A stretch of DNA of 63,041 nt, counting the filler, from Octopus bimaculoides (lineage: Eukaryota): NCBI RefSeq assembly GCF_001194135.2. It is 3 parts of 3 records of this genome, joined end to end, with 100 filler letters (N's around TTAATTAATTAA, not from the genome) between each part and the next. Parts side by side here need not be neighbours in the genome. Positions count along the whole stretch, not along the records: positions 1 to 30,352 come from NC_068981.1; 2 more parts are not named here. The stretch is one strand, 5' to 3'. Shown in pieces: positions 13,069 to 26,169 of this stretch (the stretch's first letter is position 1; each line of letters starts with the position of its first letter). The notes under the pieces were generated by a model. It was not told the DNA's origin, searched no databases, and was given only the letters and a program-made list of their open reading frames with translations. The position numbers were made by a program, and so were the translations under genes.

Positions 13069-13742
13069 GTAAGTGAATCCTGATAAGTTGAAAAGTACAA
13101 AAAAAAACAGTTGCACTGCCCAACATTCTAATCTTCAAAAAGAGAAATTTCATGGATTTGCCATAAGTGTAAATAAGCATGGGTATAATTTTTTTTCATA
13201 TTCATGTGTATTCATATTCGAGAAATTGAATACTCAATAAGCATATACACATATACTTAAGAATATATATATATATATATTATATACCATAAGAGTGAGG
13301 AGGTATGACAAGTGAATATGTTTAACCACCTGTTTTAATTATTTTACATGTCTGCACTAATATGCGAACTAAGCATTATAAAATACTGTTGTATATTTAC
13401 AAATCATTGCAGACAAAGACAGCTGGAACATACCAAATCACTAAAACATCATGGTTACACTAAGGGTATGAGTTGAAGCATTGGTTAGCCATGATGTTCT
13501 ACCGATCCAAAGAGCTAGCTTTTTCTTTATCTGCACTGATTTGTAAAGATACAATTGTATTATATATGTAAACTTTACACATTTAACTTCTTTTGTTCAA
13601 CAAATGCGTTTAAAGGCAAAGTACGTTTTAGGTGGGGTTCATTATACTGTGGTGTTGTTGAAATGGAATTAATCAAATTTATGATTTAAATTTAAAATTT
13701 AACCCAATGTTTCAGTCCAATAGATTTTTCTAATCTTTCTCC

Positions 13743-13743
<1 letters not shown>

Positions 13744-13807
<64 letters not shown>

Positions 13808-13828
13808 CCTGTGTATGTGTGTATATAA

Positions 13829-13899
<71 letters not shown>
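13744..13899. repeat. (CTAT)n then (AT)n microsatellites
   Basis: Visible tracts at about 13744-13806 and 13831-13899. Confidence 0.95.
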
Positions 13900-13901
<2 letters not shown>

Positions 13902-14516
13902 GTTCCAAATATTTTATAGAAACAACAAATGGTGGCACCAGCTGCGAGAAGCTACGAGTAATAGTCAACGAATATGCAGGACAGTACAATGACTAAAATA
14001 ACTACAACAAAATCTAGATATGCAAAAAAAAAATAGACTATACATATACAAACACGATAAGGCTGTGGGCTCTACGACGGACAAATTTGAGTAACGCAAA
14101 CAACTACTGTCCTGTAGGACTGGAAACTAGAAAGAGAGAGATGGAAAGAGGAAAAAACAAACGGTGTCGAATGTGGCGAGAGAGATTCGAAAAAGTCATT
14201 CGTTTCAATCACTAGGTCAGAATTTGAATATAATCTCAAAATTCATTTTGAACAGGAAATAAATCCTTAACTGCATTTCAGCATCAGTAGATTACTGTCA
14301 TCTCCATTTGAATAATGCATTGACTTTAAATGCGCATGCTGAACAAAATAGGTTAAATGCTTAAAAATCAACTCACAAAATTCTTACAGTGACATGCACT
14401 TCAGACTAAGTAAACAGTGGATTGACTCTTCATCCTGCAATAATTCAAGCATTTGACACTTCTTCAATAGTTTCTTGTGAAGCCCTAAGACAGAGGTTCC
14501 ATTTATTTTAGTATAT

Positions 14517-14555
<39 letters not shown>

Positions 14556-15842
14556 GTTTATGATCTTGTAATTTATGTTTAACACTTTTCATATAATTCT
14601 TTCATATAATTCTATTTCACTTGATTTTATTTTAACTCGTTTCATACTAAATTGCCCGAAACGCCTTGATTCTATGATCAAAACATGTTTTAAATTGATC
14701 TAATTATATTGATTTCCTTCCTAAATATTACCAAAATAATAATACGTTTTTTTCTTTTTAACAAAATTCATCATTATGTTCAGAAATATATTAAACAAAG
14801 GCAGTATATCTTACTAGAATTATAGCAACACATCTGGTGTCATTTTATCTTATTTTGTACGTTTATATTTCTTTGTTGTTTACGTCTGTAATTCTTTTTA
14901 TATATTCTGAACTATTTTATATTTTACCATACTAATTTAAATCGATGTTCATTTTTACCATTCTCTAACTGTCAATTACATATTCTCTCACCGCAAGTAA
15001 AGTACTGGGCTTATGACTAATACTGATACGTGGTCTCTATTGATATTCATTTGAAATTGCAGCAAAACGCAGTCTTCAATACTCTTTTCTATTTTAAATC
15101 AATTATATATTTCGTCCTAGGTTCTATATTGCTTTATTGTAACAACCTGCGTATGAGTGAGTTTAAGGGTGAGCGCTTGCGCGTTTGTGTAAGTGTATGT
15201 GTGTGTGTGTGTGCGTGTGTGTGTGTACGTGTGTGTGTTTGCATGTGTATGCCATGGGGAGCTGACTTTGAACAATGTAAAATTAACATTGTAAATAATT
15301 GAAAGCAACTTGTTAAATTGTACCTTCGAACAGAACTTTCTTGAGTAACTTACTATGGATTGTTTTTTTTTTTGGAATAACTTGCATGGATTGGTTCTTT
15401 TGAGGTGGGAAGTTTATAAATGCCAACGCTGTCGAAGTAGCAAACCGGTGATAGGCTTGTTAGGAACATGTAACCAACTACGCTATTGTGCACAAACGTA
15501 ACAGAAAAAAAAAAAAACTGAAGTGGATAAGAGAATTATATTCAAAACATTTATATTAGGCATAGCCCATGAAGCCAATTGAATACCAGTCAATTTGCCA
15601 TAGCACTTTTTGTTAACAGAGAAGGTATATACTTATCTACGGCAACAACATGTAACAAACTGTACGCGGCGGAGAAATTCAATTATCATCACAGTAGACA
15701 CATTGCTGTTCAGATATTAAGACCGAAATTGAAAGTTTCCATATGAGTATTCGATCTCCATAACTGCGAATATTTTTTACCGAATAAATGAAGTGGTAGC
15801 GTATTAGCAGACAGCATATTCAGATGTGTGTCTGTATGTACG

Positions 15843-15845
15843 TAT

Positions 15846-15876
<31 letters not shown>

Positions 15877-16099
15877 CACGCACACGCGCGCACACACACA
15901 CACAGGCACACACACACGCATATATATATATATAAATATATATATATATGTACATATACATACATTATATGTATATAAGTATGTATTATGTATGTATGTA
16001 TGTATGTATGTACGTATGTATGCATGTATGTAGAGAGAGAGGGGAAAAGAAAGATAAAGAGAGAAGGATAGAGTGAAAGAAAGATGGACAAAGAAAGGA

Positions 16100-16135
<36 letters not shown>
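15843..16135. repeat. Compound (CA)n-(TA)n-(TATG)n-(GA)n microsatellite block
   Basis: Directly visible; source of four spurious ORFs. Confidence 0.9.
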
Positions 16136-18149
16136 AAGTAGTCATAAAGAGATATATAGAAATTCAGACAATAAAATATGGTCAGGTCCATACTTCCATT
16201 ATCACAATTAGCCTATGTACCTATCTACGATGGAGGTATAAGACGAGAGAGGGAAGTTATCACAGCAATATGTATTGAGAAATGCGTAAATGGATTTGAT
16301 AGATTACTGGGTGATGTCTTAGAGAAATCATCTTATCGTTGGTGATACAGCATTTTATTGCGGCTATATGACATCTGTTTGCGACCAAGTAACATGTGAT
16401 GACGATTCACTCTCGAACTGAAATAGCCTCTGTATCATGAATGGTTTGTAGACCACTTCCATCGAAAACAAGAGCTTCCTTTGACCACTACATAAAAAAA
16501 ACTGTTAAGAAAAAATTGCTATTTAGATATACTTTAATTTAGTTGTTTACACTATTTTACGCTTGTTCATATTCATATATATTCAAAGTTCACAAATTTC
16601 CATATTTAATTTATGAATCATATTCCTTTCGATAATATCAGCATGATTATAAAACTTCGTTGTAGACGATATTTTCTGTTAGGTCGACACCAACTTTTAA
16701 CACCGGACTGGGTAAAAATACACCTACACGATCTAAAGTTTGGCCCTATATCTTGTCTGCTGCGAATACGCAAGCGGAATCTTTAGGGTTGCAAAAAAAT
16801 CAAACTAAGACTTACGACTCACAGTTCTATGAGAATAATGTCTGAATGTTCTGGTACCATGGATTATCTTGATTGACAAAACTGGGATGTAAACAACAGC
16901 CGCTTCGATTAGCCGTTTCGCATCCTGCTTGAAACTGACACACATCAATAACCACTAAAATAATCACACACCTATATATATTGACACACACTTTTTATAT
17001 TTTATTTTCGCTATTAACCGTCTTCGCGACCCCACTTCGTATCTAAGAGGGGATCACGGATTATACAATGAAAATCCAGAGTTACTCCTGGTCGGTGAAT
17101 TTATAATAAAAATTCGGAAGTGCTTTATCAATTCAAAAATCGATATCCACGAAATAATCATAATTTCTGATTTTATAATGCTAAAACCCTTCTTGAGACC
17201 AACAGATAGACGGACATAACACCAATTATAGTAAGATACATGTGCATGTATTTGTGTAGATGCATATATATGTGCATATATATATATACATGTACACACA
17301 CACACATATATATGTATATATATATATATATATATNNNNNNNNNNNNNNNNNNNNNNNNNNNNNNNNNNNNNNNNNNNNNNNNNNNNNNNNNNNNNNNNN
17401 NNNNNNNNNNNNNNNNNNNNNNNNNNNNNNNNNNNNNNNNNNNNNNNNNNNNNNNNNNNNNNNNNNNNNNNNNNNNNNNNNNNNNNNNNNNNNNNNNNNN
17501 NNNNNNNNNNNNNNNNNNNNNNNNNNNNNNNNNNNNNNNNNNNNNNNNNNNNNNNNNNNNNNNNNNNNNNNNNNNNNNNNNNNNNNNNNGCTGGCTAACG
17601 ATGCACAGCTGCATCTGATATATTGCGGGGAGGAGGAGGAGGAGGGGGAGGAGGGGGAGGAGGAGGCAACAAATATCGCAAAATATTGTTGCTCACGCCT
17701 TCGTGATTTTTACGAATTCAGAAAATCCAGAAACGTTAAGGTGGAATTAGCGGAATAAACATCAATAACAGGTGAATAAATACCAGCATACCACAAAAGA
17801 CTTGTTAGTATTATTAGCATGCATTAGGGTAAATAATTTCAGATGCGCCCTTTTATTTTGATAGCTGCTGAGTTTGGTAAGCTGAGAGTGAGAGAGGGTG
17901 AGCGAGAAGAGGACAGAGAGATGGGGGGGGGAGGAATCATACATATTAATTTATAAGATAAATTTAACATTTCCTACATGATATTTTTAGAATTCATAAT
18001 GATAATTTTTAGTTTATTGTTCAATACAGTAACGGAAATGAAATATAAATCTTGATTATACGAAATTGTTTGCATTTGTAAAGAGTGGAAATAATATTTA
18101 TACAATCTTTTATTTTATTACACACTTTAATATTGCCATTAAAATTAAT

Positions 18150-18345
18150 AAATATTGATTTCAAATCTTGGCGCAAGACCAGCAGTTTCGAGGGCGGAGG
18201 TAAGTCGATTACTTTTCTTATCTATCCTGAAAGGATGAACGGCAAAGTCGACCTCGGCAGAATTTGAACTCAGGATGTAAAGGCGGACGAAATGCTGTTG
18301 AGCATTTTGCCTGTCGTGCTAAAGATTAGACTAACTCGTCACTTT
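18150..18345 (-). mobile_element. S2 SINE with internal deletion
   Basis: GGCGCAAGACCAGCAG tail; GAAAGGATGAACGGCAAAGTCGACCTCGGCAGAATTTGAACTCAG core and B box. Confidence 0.8.
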
Positions 18346-18356
18346 AGAATAAATGA

Positions 18357-18577
18357 ATATTCCTTTCTACTATAGGCACAAGGCCTGAAATTTTAGTGGA
18401 GTGTAAGTCATTATATCGACTCAAGTGCTTAACTAGTACTTATTTTATCGACCCTAGAAAGGATGAAAGGCAAAGTCGACCACGGCGGAATTTGAACTCA
18501 GAAAGTAAAAACGGACGAAATGCCGCTAATCATTTCACCCGGCGTGCTAACGATTCTGTCCCAACTCGACGCCTTCT
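18357..18577 (-). mobile_element. S2 SINE, near full length, head-to-tail with the previous copy
   Basis: CTTTCTACTATAGGCACAAGGCC tail; GTACTTATTTTATCGACCCTAGAAAGGATGAAAGGCAAAG Deu/Nin-like core; CGGCGTGCTAACGATTCTG head. Confidence 0.85.
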
Positions 18578-18941
18578 TAAAATAAATGTTAATATTAGTT
18601 TAAACAATTTATATTTGACGGAGTCATCATAAGTTTACTTCACTCACTAATTTTATTGACATGGAGAGAGGAAATTCATTTGACTAAAATGCAAATTAAC
18701 TTTTAAGCGAGCGGAGCGAAATACATCGAAGAGTTAACGATCGAGGTAATATGTGATCACTTTATCCACTATAATACCACCCTCATCTCGCCTGAGGTAG
18801 ATGACTATTCTTCTAGAAGTTCAGACATGGCAGTGTGGAAAAAAAATTATAAATCAAAAAATAAACAAACATGAAACCAACTCCGAATTTTCGGTTCACT
18901 TCCATTGCACTGATTATTAATAGTTTATAAACAGACACCTT

Positions 18942-19333
18942 GTGGAGGTGCAATGGCCTAGTGGTTAGGGCAGCGGACTCGCGGTCATAGGATCGCGGTT
19001 TCGATTCTCAGACCGGGTGTTGTGAGTGTTTATTGGGCAAAAACACATAAAGCTCCACGAGGCATCCAGCAGGGGATGGTGGCGAACCCGGATGTACTCT
19101 TTCACCACAACTTTCTCTCACTCTCACTCTCACTTTTACTTCCTGTTTCTGTTGTGCCTGTAATTCAAAGGGTCAGCCTTGTCACACTGTGTCACGCTGA
19201 ATATCCCCGAGAACTACGTTAAGGGTACACGTGTCTGTGAAGTGCTCAACCACTTGCACGTTAATTTCACGAGTCGGCTGTTCCGTTGATCGGATCAACT
19301 GGAACCCTCGACGTCGTAAGCGACGGAGTGCCA

Positions 19334-19366
<33 letters not shown>

Positions 19367-19367
19367 C
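18942..19367 (+). mobile_element. Full-length S1 SINE with (CA)n tail and 13-bp TSD
   Basis: GTGGAGGTGCAATGGCCTAGTGG head, GGAGTGCCAAC end, (CA)n tail; ATAAACAGACACC at 18927-18939 and 19368-19380. Confidence 0.92.
18954..19007 (+). promoter_or_regulatory. Pol III type-2 internal promoter (A and B boxes) of the S1 SINE
   Basis: A box TGGCCTAGTGG at 18954-18964; B box GGTTTCGATTC at 18997-19007; tRNA-like spacing. Confidence 0.7.
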
Positions 19368-19570
19368 ATAAACAGACACCAACAATCCTTTCAGTGTGTT
19401 AATGAAATACAGACTAATGCAAGTATTGTGTTATATTTCTGATTTGAAATAAACTGTTATAAAACTAACTAGCCCATTAAGAAACAAACATGTCATTCCT
19501 GGAAACGATAATTTAGAAAAATAAAAGAAAGGTATTAGCGTTTAGACGCGGGTTAGACGATAAGCTTTAG

Positions 19571-19661
19571 TATCAGAAAACCAAAGGAATCGAGGATCTC
19601 AGATCAGAGAAGTCTAAAGATGAGAATTCTGAATCAAACAACCTAGAAAGTATTTCGAATG
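19571..19661 (+). CDS. Candidate 91-nt hydrophilic exon (YQKTKGIEDLRSEKSKDENSESNNLESISN-G)
   Basis: Purine-rich open frame between TTTAG and G|GTAAGA; the acceptor has a weak pyrimidine tract. Confidence 0.22.
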
Positions 19662-20884
19662 GTAAGAGTACTTCATCAATATAGTTGCACCCTTAAAATG
19701 ACCACGCAAAGCATCAGACACTCACATATACAAGTTGAACTATCATAATACATAACGAGAAAAGCAGTTGTTAACATTATCTAACGTCTCATATTCCTAA
19801 ATAAAGATTCAATATAAACATCATACACTTTTCACAAAAAAATATACGTACTAACAAGCTAAAAATGTACTACGTAAACGAAACAGGAATATGTATGCGT
19901 ATGACAATTTAACGTATTGAATACATTAAAAAAAAAAAAGGTCACTCCCGTGCCATTCTCAGTTATGTGAAACATATATGTAGTGAGCTTTAACTATTGT
20001 GCTTTGTTCTTCCTGTTTTTAACAAAAGTGCGTATGTATATGTATAGAAATACACACATGATGGAAATAACAAGATGTATTTACATTTGTTTAAAGTCAC
20101 AGAGTGAAGGCTAATAAACCTCTAGTTTTACAAACATAAAATTATTTTACATTACGAATATACCTGGCTTGGCCATAATTATCCATAAAATATTCAGATA
20201 CATCGCAGTATACTGCCGTAAGTGCATTAGCTCAGGTAACATAGTTAACCTCCAACTTCAGAGTGATTTTAATAGCAATTTACTATGCATTTCCTTTTCA
20301 TATGATACTTGTCCTGACCACCAGCTCATCTTGAGGTCTAGAACTTAAGTTTACCTAGATTTTTGATGGCATACCAGCTAAGTAAAATGCAGATATGAGA
20401 GATTGCAGACCTGTTTCAGAATGACAAGATCGTACATCATATTCTATCCGATTAAAATTTATCAATACCTAAACATTACTGTGTGTAGATTTTTTTTTAA
20501 AGTATTTTGTATAGGAATGTGTATTAATACTGGTGGTCAGCTTTAAGTTCTATTTAGATTTTCGTCTATTTTGCGATGGCATTCAATAATATATGTTGAC
20601 TTTTAAAACGTGGGCTGCAGTGTGGTTATATAGAATGGCTGATATTCTTGACATTGCATAAATGGTGGCAGCTTGGAGTAATTTCTTGATCTAAGAATTA
20701 GCTCCAATTTGATGATGGTTTCTTTTGGTATTAGGTGACCATATTTAGATTCAGTGCTCTTTATGGATAATGTAGATGTGAAACAAGACGTTTTTGAGGT
20801 TTTTGCTAAATGAAATTGAGTTGTTAATGTAGAAATTAATTTGGTTTAATGTTGAAAAATGTCGAAAAGGATTCGCAAGTGTCC

Positions 20885-20965
20885 GATATTCTCCGAGGCG
20901 AATACCAAAAACGTAAGAAGATTCTCCTGAGAGAACAGAATTTTACTGTTCGAAAATATATTTTA
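20885..20965 (+). ncRNA. Degenerate minimal hammerhead-ribozyme-like motif(s)
   Basis: CTGA-GA, GAACAG/CTGTTC stem, GAAA and palindrome AAAATATATTTT at 20927-20965; a weaker look-alike lies just upstream. Core N7 is missing and there is no clear stem I. Confidence 0.3.
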
Positions 20966-22030
20966 TAAAGTGGATGAGCTGTAATATAACGTAACTAAGA
21001 AGTACAGTTTTTGTTTCACACATTGAATTACAATAGTTAGTTTATGTTGATGTTTTAGCCAGTCAGTTTCTAATAGATGAGGTTTCTGCAAACAATGTTT
21101 CAAATATTATTAATGTCTTGTATTTTGTTACATTTGCCATTTTGCCATAAGCTATGAAAAGAACTTTCCAAAGTGACTCGGGAATAATTTCGCATAATTA
21201 AACAAATTTCTGTAATAGATAAAGCAATCTGTAGAATTTGATTTAAAACACTCGAGGCGGATAACATATGGCCATCCACTCTCACAGTTACACACTCACT
21301 CATATGTATATATATATAACGATGTGTGAGAATTTGTGTGTGCGCGTGTACAAATATATAAAACATATATACAATACATATATAAAGAATACGCACGTTC
21401 ATAAGCATGTTCATGGTAACTGATAATCTTCAGAAGATCCAACATTCTTCATGAATAATTGTCATTACCTCATCAATTGACCCCTCTAATCCTCAGTAGG
21501 CAAAACAATCATGTAGAAAACATAGTAAATTTATGCACAAATGCACTCCTGGTAGAGTAAATTACGATTTTATCAAAATCACTTGCACAAATCTTTTTTG
21601 GAGAGATGTTTGGGTGGAATATTACTAATTCATTCGTCTCGATTTTATCTCGTCAGAACCTCAAGAGAATGAGCATTTTTTAATGAAATTTTCTACAAAT
21701 AACTTTCAGATGGTGACGATTACAGTCACTTATATTTTTAGTGTGGAACCAAAACTGGAGAGTGCGTATATTTCACGCATCTCTACTAGGTTTCCTAATC
21801 ATTTTCATGATTTAGTTACAAATATGTAGGAAAAAAATTACTTTTGAGACCCATGTGACCAACACTATTTCTAGCTATTAAGCAACCACGTAGGAGATGG
21901 ACCACATTTGAGTTTGCTTTAAAGAAAAAGATGGAGATTACAATAGCACAGTGTAAGAGATATGTATTACATAATTAGTGTTAGCATTCTACTATTCTTA
22001 CTACAAACATTTCTTTCGGAGAATTTTCAG

Positions 22031-22101
22031 GTATTAGTGGAATATTCTTCAGCATTATTTTTAATTGTAATGAAATCATCAAAATGTTACAGGAAAACAA
22101 A
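22031..22101 (+). CDS. Candidate 71-nt exon (G-ISGIFFSIIFNCNEIIKMLQENK)
   Basis: Acceptor ...TTTCTTTCGGAGAATTTTCAG|G, open frame, donor AAA|GTCAGT. Confidence 0.25.
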
Positions 22102-22624
22102 GTCAGTAGGCGAAATACCTCCCTCCCCATTTTGTGTTTGTTTGCTTTTCACATTAAATTTCGATATAATCTCAATGTACGTCACTTTAAAGATTATTGT
22201 AGAAAATTACACTAAAAAATACTTGTTTTCCTGACAGTTATAAAGGGACAAATTCGGAAGATTGAGATGTAGAGATCTGACGTAATATAAAACCAATTCC
22301 CTTATTCAGATTACTATTTCTTCATCAAAACCCTACAATTAAGTAAAGATACTGGAATGAACATAATTTAACTGATGCTGCATTAATTTTATAAACTTCA
22401 AAAAGTAGCGTTGCAAATATTCAGGCAACATCTTGATTTCCAGAAGTATAAAAAATCCTTGTAATTTGAAATGGTGCATTGAATAGAATTTATGATAGAA
22501 ACGCGTACTTGAAATATTCAATAATAAAGTATTCTTCGAAATTGGAAATTATAAAAACGTTCTAATAAATTAATTAATAAGCAGCTTTCTTCATCATAGT
22601 ATAGATTTGTAGGCGTAGGTATTT

Positions 22625-22779
22625 CAAAGTGGTACGTTTGCTTCCCGTTCACAAAGGCTCCGGTTTCAGTTCCTGCGCGTGGCAACGTGAGCAAGATTGT
22701 CATACCATAATCTCGGGTTGACCAAAAACTGGTGAGTGAATTTCGTGGACGGAAAGTGAGAGATCCGATGTTCTAATGT

Positions 22780-22838
<59 letters not shown>

Positions 22839-23085
22839 TGTCTGTTTGTCTGCCTGTCTGTCTGTGTCTGTGTGCATCTGTTCGGGTGTCTTTATATTTG
22901 CGGTCCCCACCAAGGGTTGACAACTAGTGTTGCTTTGTGTAACTCCACATAACCTAGCGGTTCGACCGATAGAATGTGTACTAGATTTTAATAAATAACA
23001 ACTGGAGAAAATTCGATCAGCTAAACAATAAAGGGCGTTGCCCCACCACAGCTGCTGTCAAATAAATTAAATAAATGCAAATAAT
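22625..23085 (+). mobile_element. S3 SINE, old diverged copy with (TG)n(TCTG)n interior
   Basis: Degenerate head (GGTTTCAGTTCCTGCGCGTGGCAAC), GTGAGTGAATTTCGTGGACGGAAAG, microsatellite 22781-22875, TAGCGGTTCGACCGATAGAAT 3' part. Confidence 0.7.
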
Positions 23086-23199
23086 GTGTGTTGTAATATA
23101 TATAACGCACGTGATGAGTTGTAATATCTATAAGAAGTTAAGGAAGGAAAAAAAAGCACTTTGTATAGTTTTAATATAATTTTTAATATATCTTATATT

Positions 23200-23406
23200 G
23201 TGTTTGTCGACCGGTTCCGCTTTCCCTAATCATGACATTAAAATTTATTTAAATTCGTATTCTTTTCAGAAAAAATATTTTGTCCATTTGTGTGTGGAGT
23301 TTATGAATGAATGATTCAACAAGTAGAAAAATCTAAGGGGCGGTAATTGGTTATCGCTATTATTGTGGACAGTGGTTATATTTGGTCATCTTTCGTTGGG
23401 ATGGGG

Positions 23407-23437
<31 letters not shown>

Positions 23438-23772
23438 NNNNNNNNNNNNNNNNNNNNNNNNNNNNNNNNNNNNNNNNNNNNNNNNNNNNNNNNNNNNNNN
23501 NNNNNNNNNNNNNNNNNNNNNNNNNNNNNNNNNNNNNNNNNNNNNNNNNNNNNNNNNNNNNNNNNNNNNNNNNNNNNNNNNNNNNNNNNNNNNNNNNNNN
23601 NNNNNNNNNNNNNNNNNNNNNNNNNNNNNNNNNNNNNNNNNNNNNNNNNNNNNNNNNNNNNNNNNNNNNNNNNNNNNNNNNNNNNNNNNNNNNNNNNNNN
23701 NNNNNNNNNNNNNNNNNNNNNNNNNNNNNNNNNNNNNNNNNNNNNNNNNNNNNNNNNNNNNNNNNNNNNNNN

Positions 23773-23835
<63 letters not shown>

Positions 23836-23960
23836 CATATATATACACATACATATATGGATGATTCAACAAGTAGAAAAAGCTAAGGGGGTAATTGATT
23901 ATCGTCATTATTGTGGACAGGGGAGATTATTGGTCATCTTTCCATGGTAGATGGAATACA

Positions 23961-23995
<35 letters not shown>

Positions 23996-25470
23996 ACAGA
24001 AATTCAAAACCTAGAGTAGTGGAGAGAAATATATAAAGTGATGGGCATGTAATCGTGAATTAAAATATGTATAGAGATCAAAGATGGTTATGCGTGCATA
24101 TTTAGACGTGTTCTGTATTTTGCGATGAATAATTCTTCCTTATTTAAACGGTCTTATATAGAAATTTATCTTTGTACTCATAGAAGAGGAAAACTGTGAA
24201 ATTTCGATTGATGTTACTTGAACATCTTTCTGTGTGTTCACTTACAGGAATGTATCTGTATTGTGAGAACCGAATCTGCTCTCTATATAGGGTGGTTCTT
24301 CATCTCAATGTCATAATCGTCTGTACTATATAGTGATGTCCGAAACTCGAGCAGATTATTACATACATTAGTCTTTCAGTCGCACAAGTGAAGTTGGTTG
24401 TAATTGTGAACCTCTCTCCTTGTTTGAAAAGGAAATCCGAGCCTTGAAGTAAGTTGGGGCATGTTCCACATTTTGGGTGTCCAGAGTTTTTAACCGTTGG
24501 TTTCGTAGTTGTTGTACAAAGCTTCGCATTTGTTAGAAGTCTAATGATTTTTGTTGCTCTTTGCATTTGAGGAATTTATTTGCTTTCAGGATGTTGTTCA
24601 TTTTAGGGTCTCTGCTTAGTAAGGACGATTTTGTACAATATTGTTGTATGCCTCATTGCTTCTAGGATTGTGAGTTGATATATACAGTAGTGTTTTGAGA
24701 TGAGGTGTGGTGTTATGTTTTGTTATCCTTAGAGATTTTATGTCTAATTTCTTAGCACGCTTATAAGTGAGGTTAGATATTGTATTTCAGTTAGTGTTGA
24801 GACGAAAGTCTCAACTATTTCCATCAGACGCTACTGTGCAAATCATTTTTAACCAAATTAAAGGGGATATTTATTTTCATGTGTTTCGTGTGGCATGAGC
24901 TAAAAACGAGATATTACTTCGAGTCCGTTGGTTTATGATAGATGTTAGTTGTAATTTGGTTCTTGACTTTTTTATCATAATATCCGAAATTGGCAGCAGT
25001 TCCTTGTTGCTAATAATAATACAGATATAATTAATAACAATAATAATACTGATAACTTCTACCAACCAAATTTATTTAGATAAGTATTTCCTTCAGAAAA
25101 AAATATTATTTATGTTGCGTTTGGAGTTTGTGAATGAATGATTCAACAAGTAGAAAAATCTGAGGGGAGGTAATTGATTATCGTTATTATTGTGGACAAG
25201 GAAGATTATTAGTCATCTTTCGGTGGTGGGTGTAATTTATATATACACACAAAAATTCAAAAGCTAGAGTAGTGCGGAGAAATATATACAGTGATGGGTA
25301 TGTAATCGTGAATTAAAATATGTAGAGAGATCAAAGTCGGTTTTGTGTGCATATTTAGACGTGTTCTGCATTTTTCGTTGAATATATTTTCTTTATTTAA
25401 ACGGTCTCGTATAGAAATTGTATCTTTGTACTGATAAAAGGAGAAAATTTGGTAATCTGCACATCTCTGT

Positions 25471-25475
<5 letters not shown>
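23200..25475 (-). mobile_element. 5'-truncated Neptune-like Penelope element in partial-tandem (pseudo-LTR) arrangement
   Basis: Thumb remnant (ICTVASDGNS, YISTHNPR), KCGTCPNLLQG linker and GIY-YIG (FTCATERLMYVIICSSFGHHYIVQT). The 3' segment recurs at about 25094-25472, 23858-24260 and 23267-23412. Confidence 0.85.
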
Positions 25476-25517
<42 letters not shown>

Positions 25518-26090
25518 NNNNNNNNNNNNNNNNNNNNNNNNNNNNNNNNNNNNNNNNNNNNNNNNNNNNNNNNNNNNNNNNNNNNNNNNNNNNNNNNNNN
25601 NNNNNNNNNNNNNNNNNNNNNNNNNNNNNNNNNNNNNNNNNNNNNNNNNNNNNNNNNNNNNNNNNNNNNNNNNNNNNNNNNNNNNNNNNNNNNNNNNNNN
25701 NNNNNNNNNNNNNNNNNNNNNNNNNNNNNNNNNNNNNNNNNNNNNNNNNNNNNNNNNNNNNNNNNNNNNNNNNNNNNNNNNNNNNNNNNNNNNNNNNNNN
25801 NNNNNNNNNNNNNNNNNNNNNNNNNNNNNNNNNNNNNNNNNNNNNNNNNNNNNNNNNNNNNNNNNNNNNNNNNNNNNNNNNNNNNNNNNNNNNNNNNNNN
25901 NNNNNNNNNNNNNNNNNNNNNNNNNNNNNNNNNNNNNNNNNNNNNNNNNNNNNNNNNNNNNNNNNNNNNNNNNNNNNNNNNNNNNNNNNNNNNNNNNNNN
26001 NNNNNNNNNNNNNNNNNNNNNNNNNNNNNNNNNNNNNNNNNNNNNNNNNNNNNNNNNNNNNNNNNNNNNNNNNNNNNNNNNNNNNNNNNN

Positions 26091-26150
<60 letters not shown>

Positions 26151-26169
26151 GAGAAAAGGGCTGTGGAAA

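Noticed and set aside
18942-19015. tRNA-like sequence
   Set aside because: It continues into a SINE body and lacks an acceptor stem; no genuine tRNA, rRNA or snRNA gene was recognised in the window.
24796-24830. Perfect GTTGAGAC-GAAA-GTCTCAAC hairpin with CTGATGG on the minus strand
   Set aside because: It lies inside the PLE thumb coding region (VASDGN), the core is CUGAUGG, and no stems I/III form.
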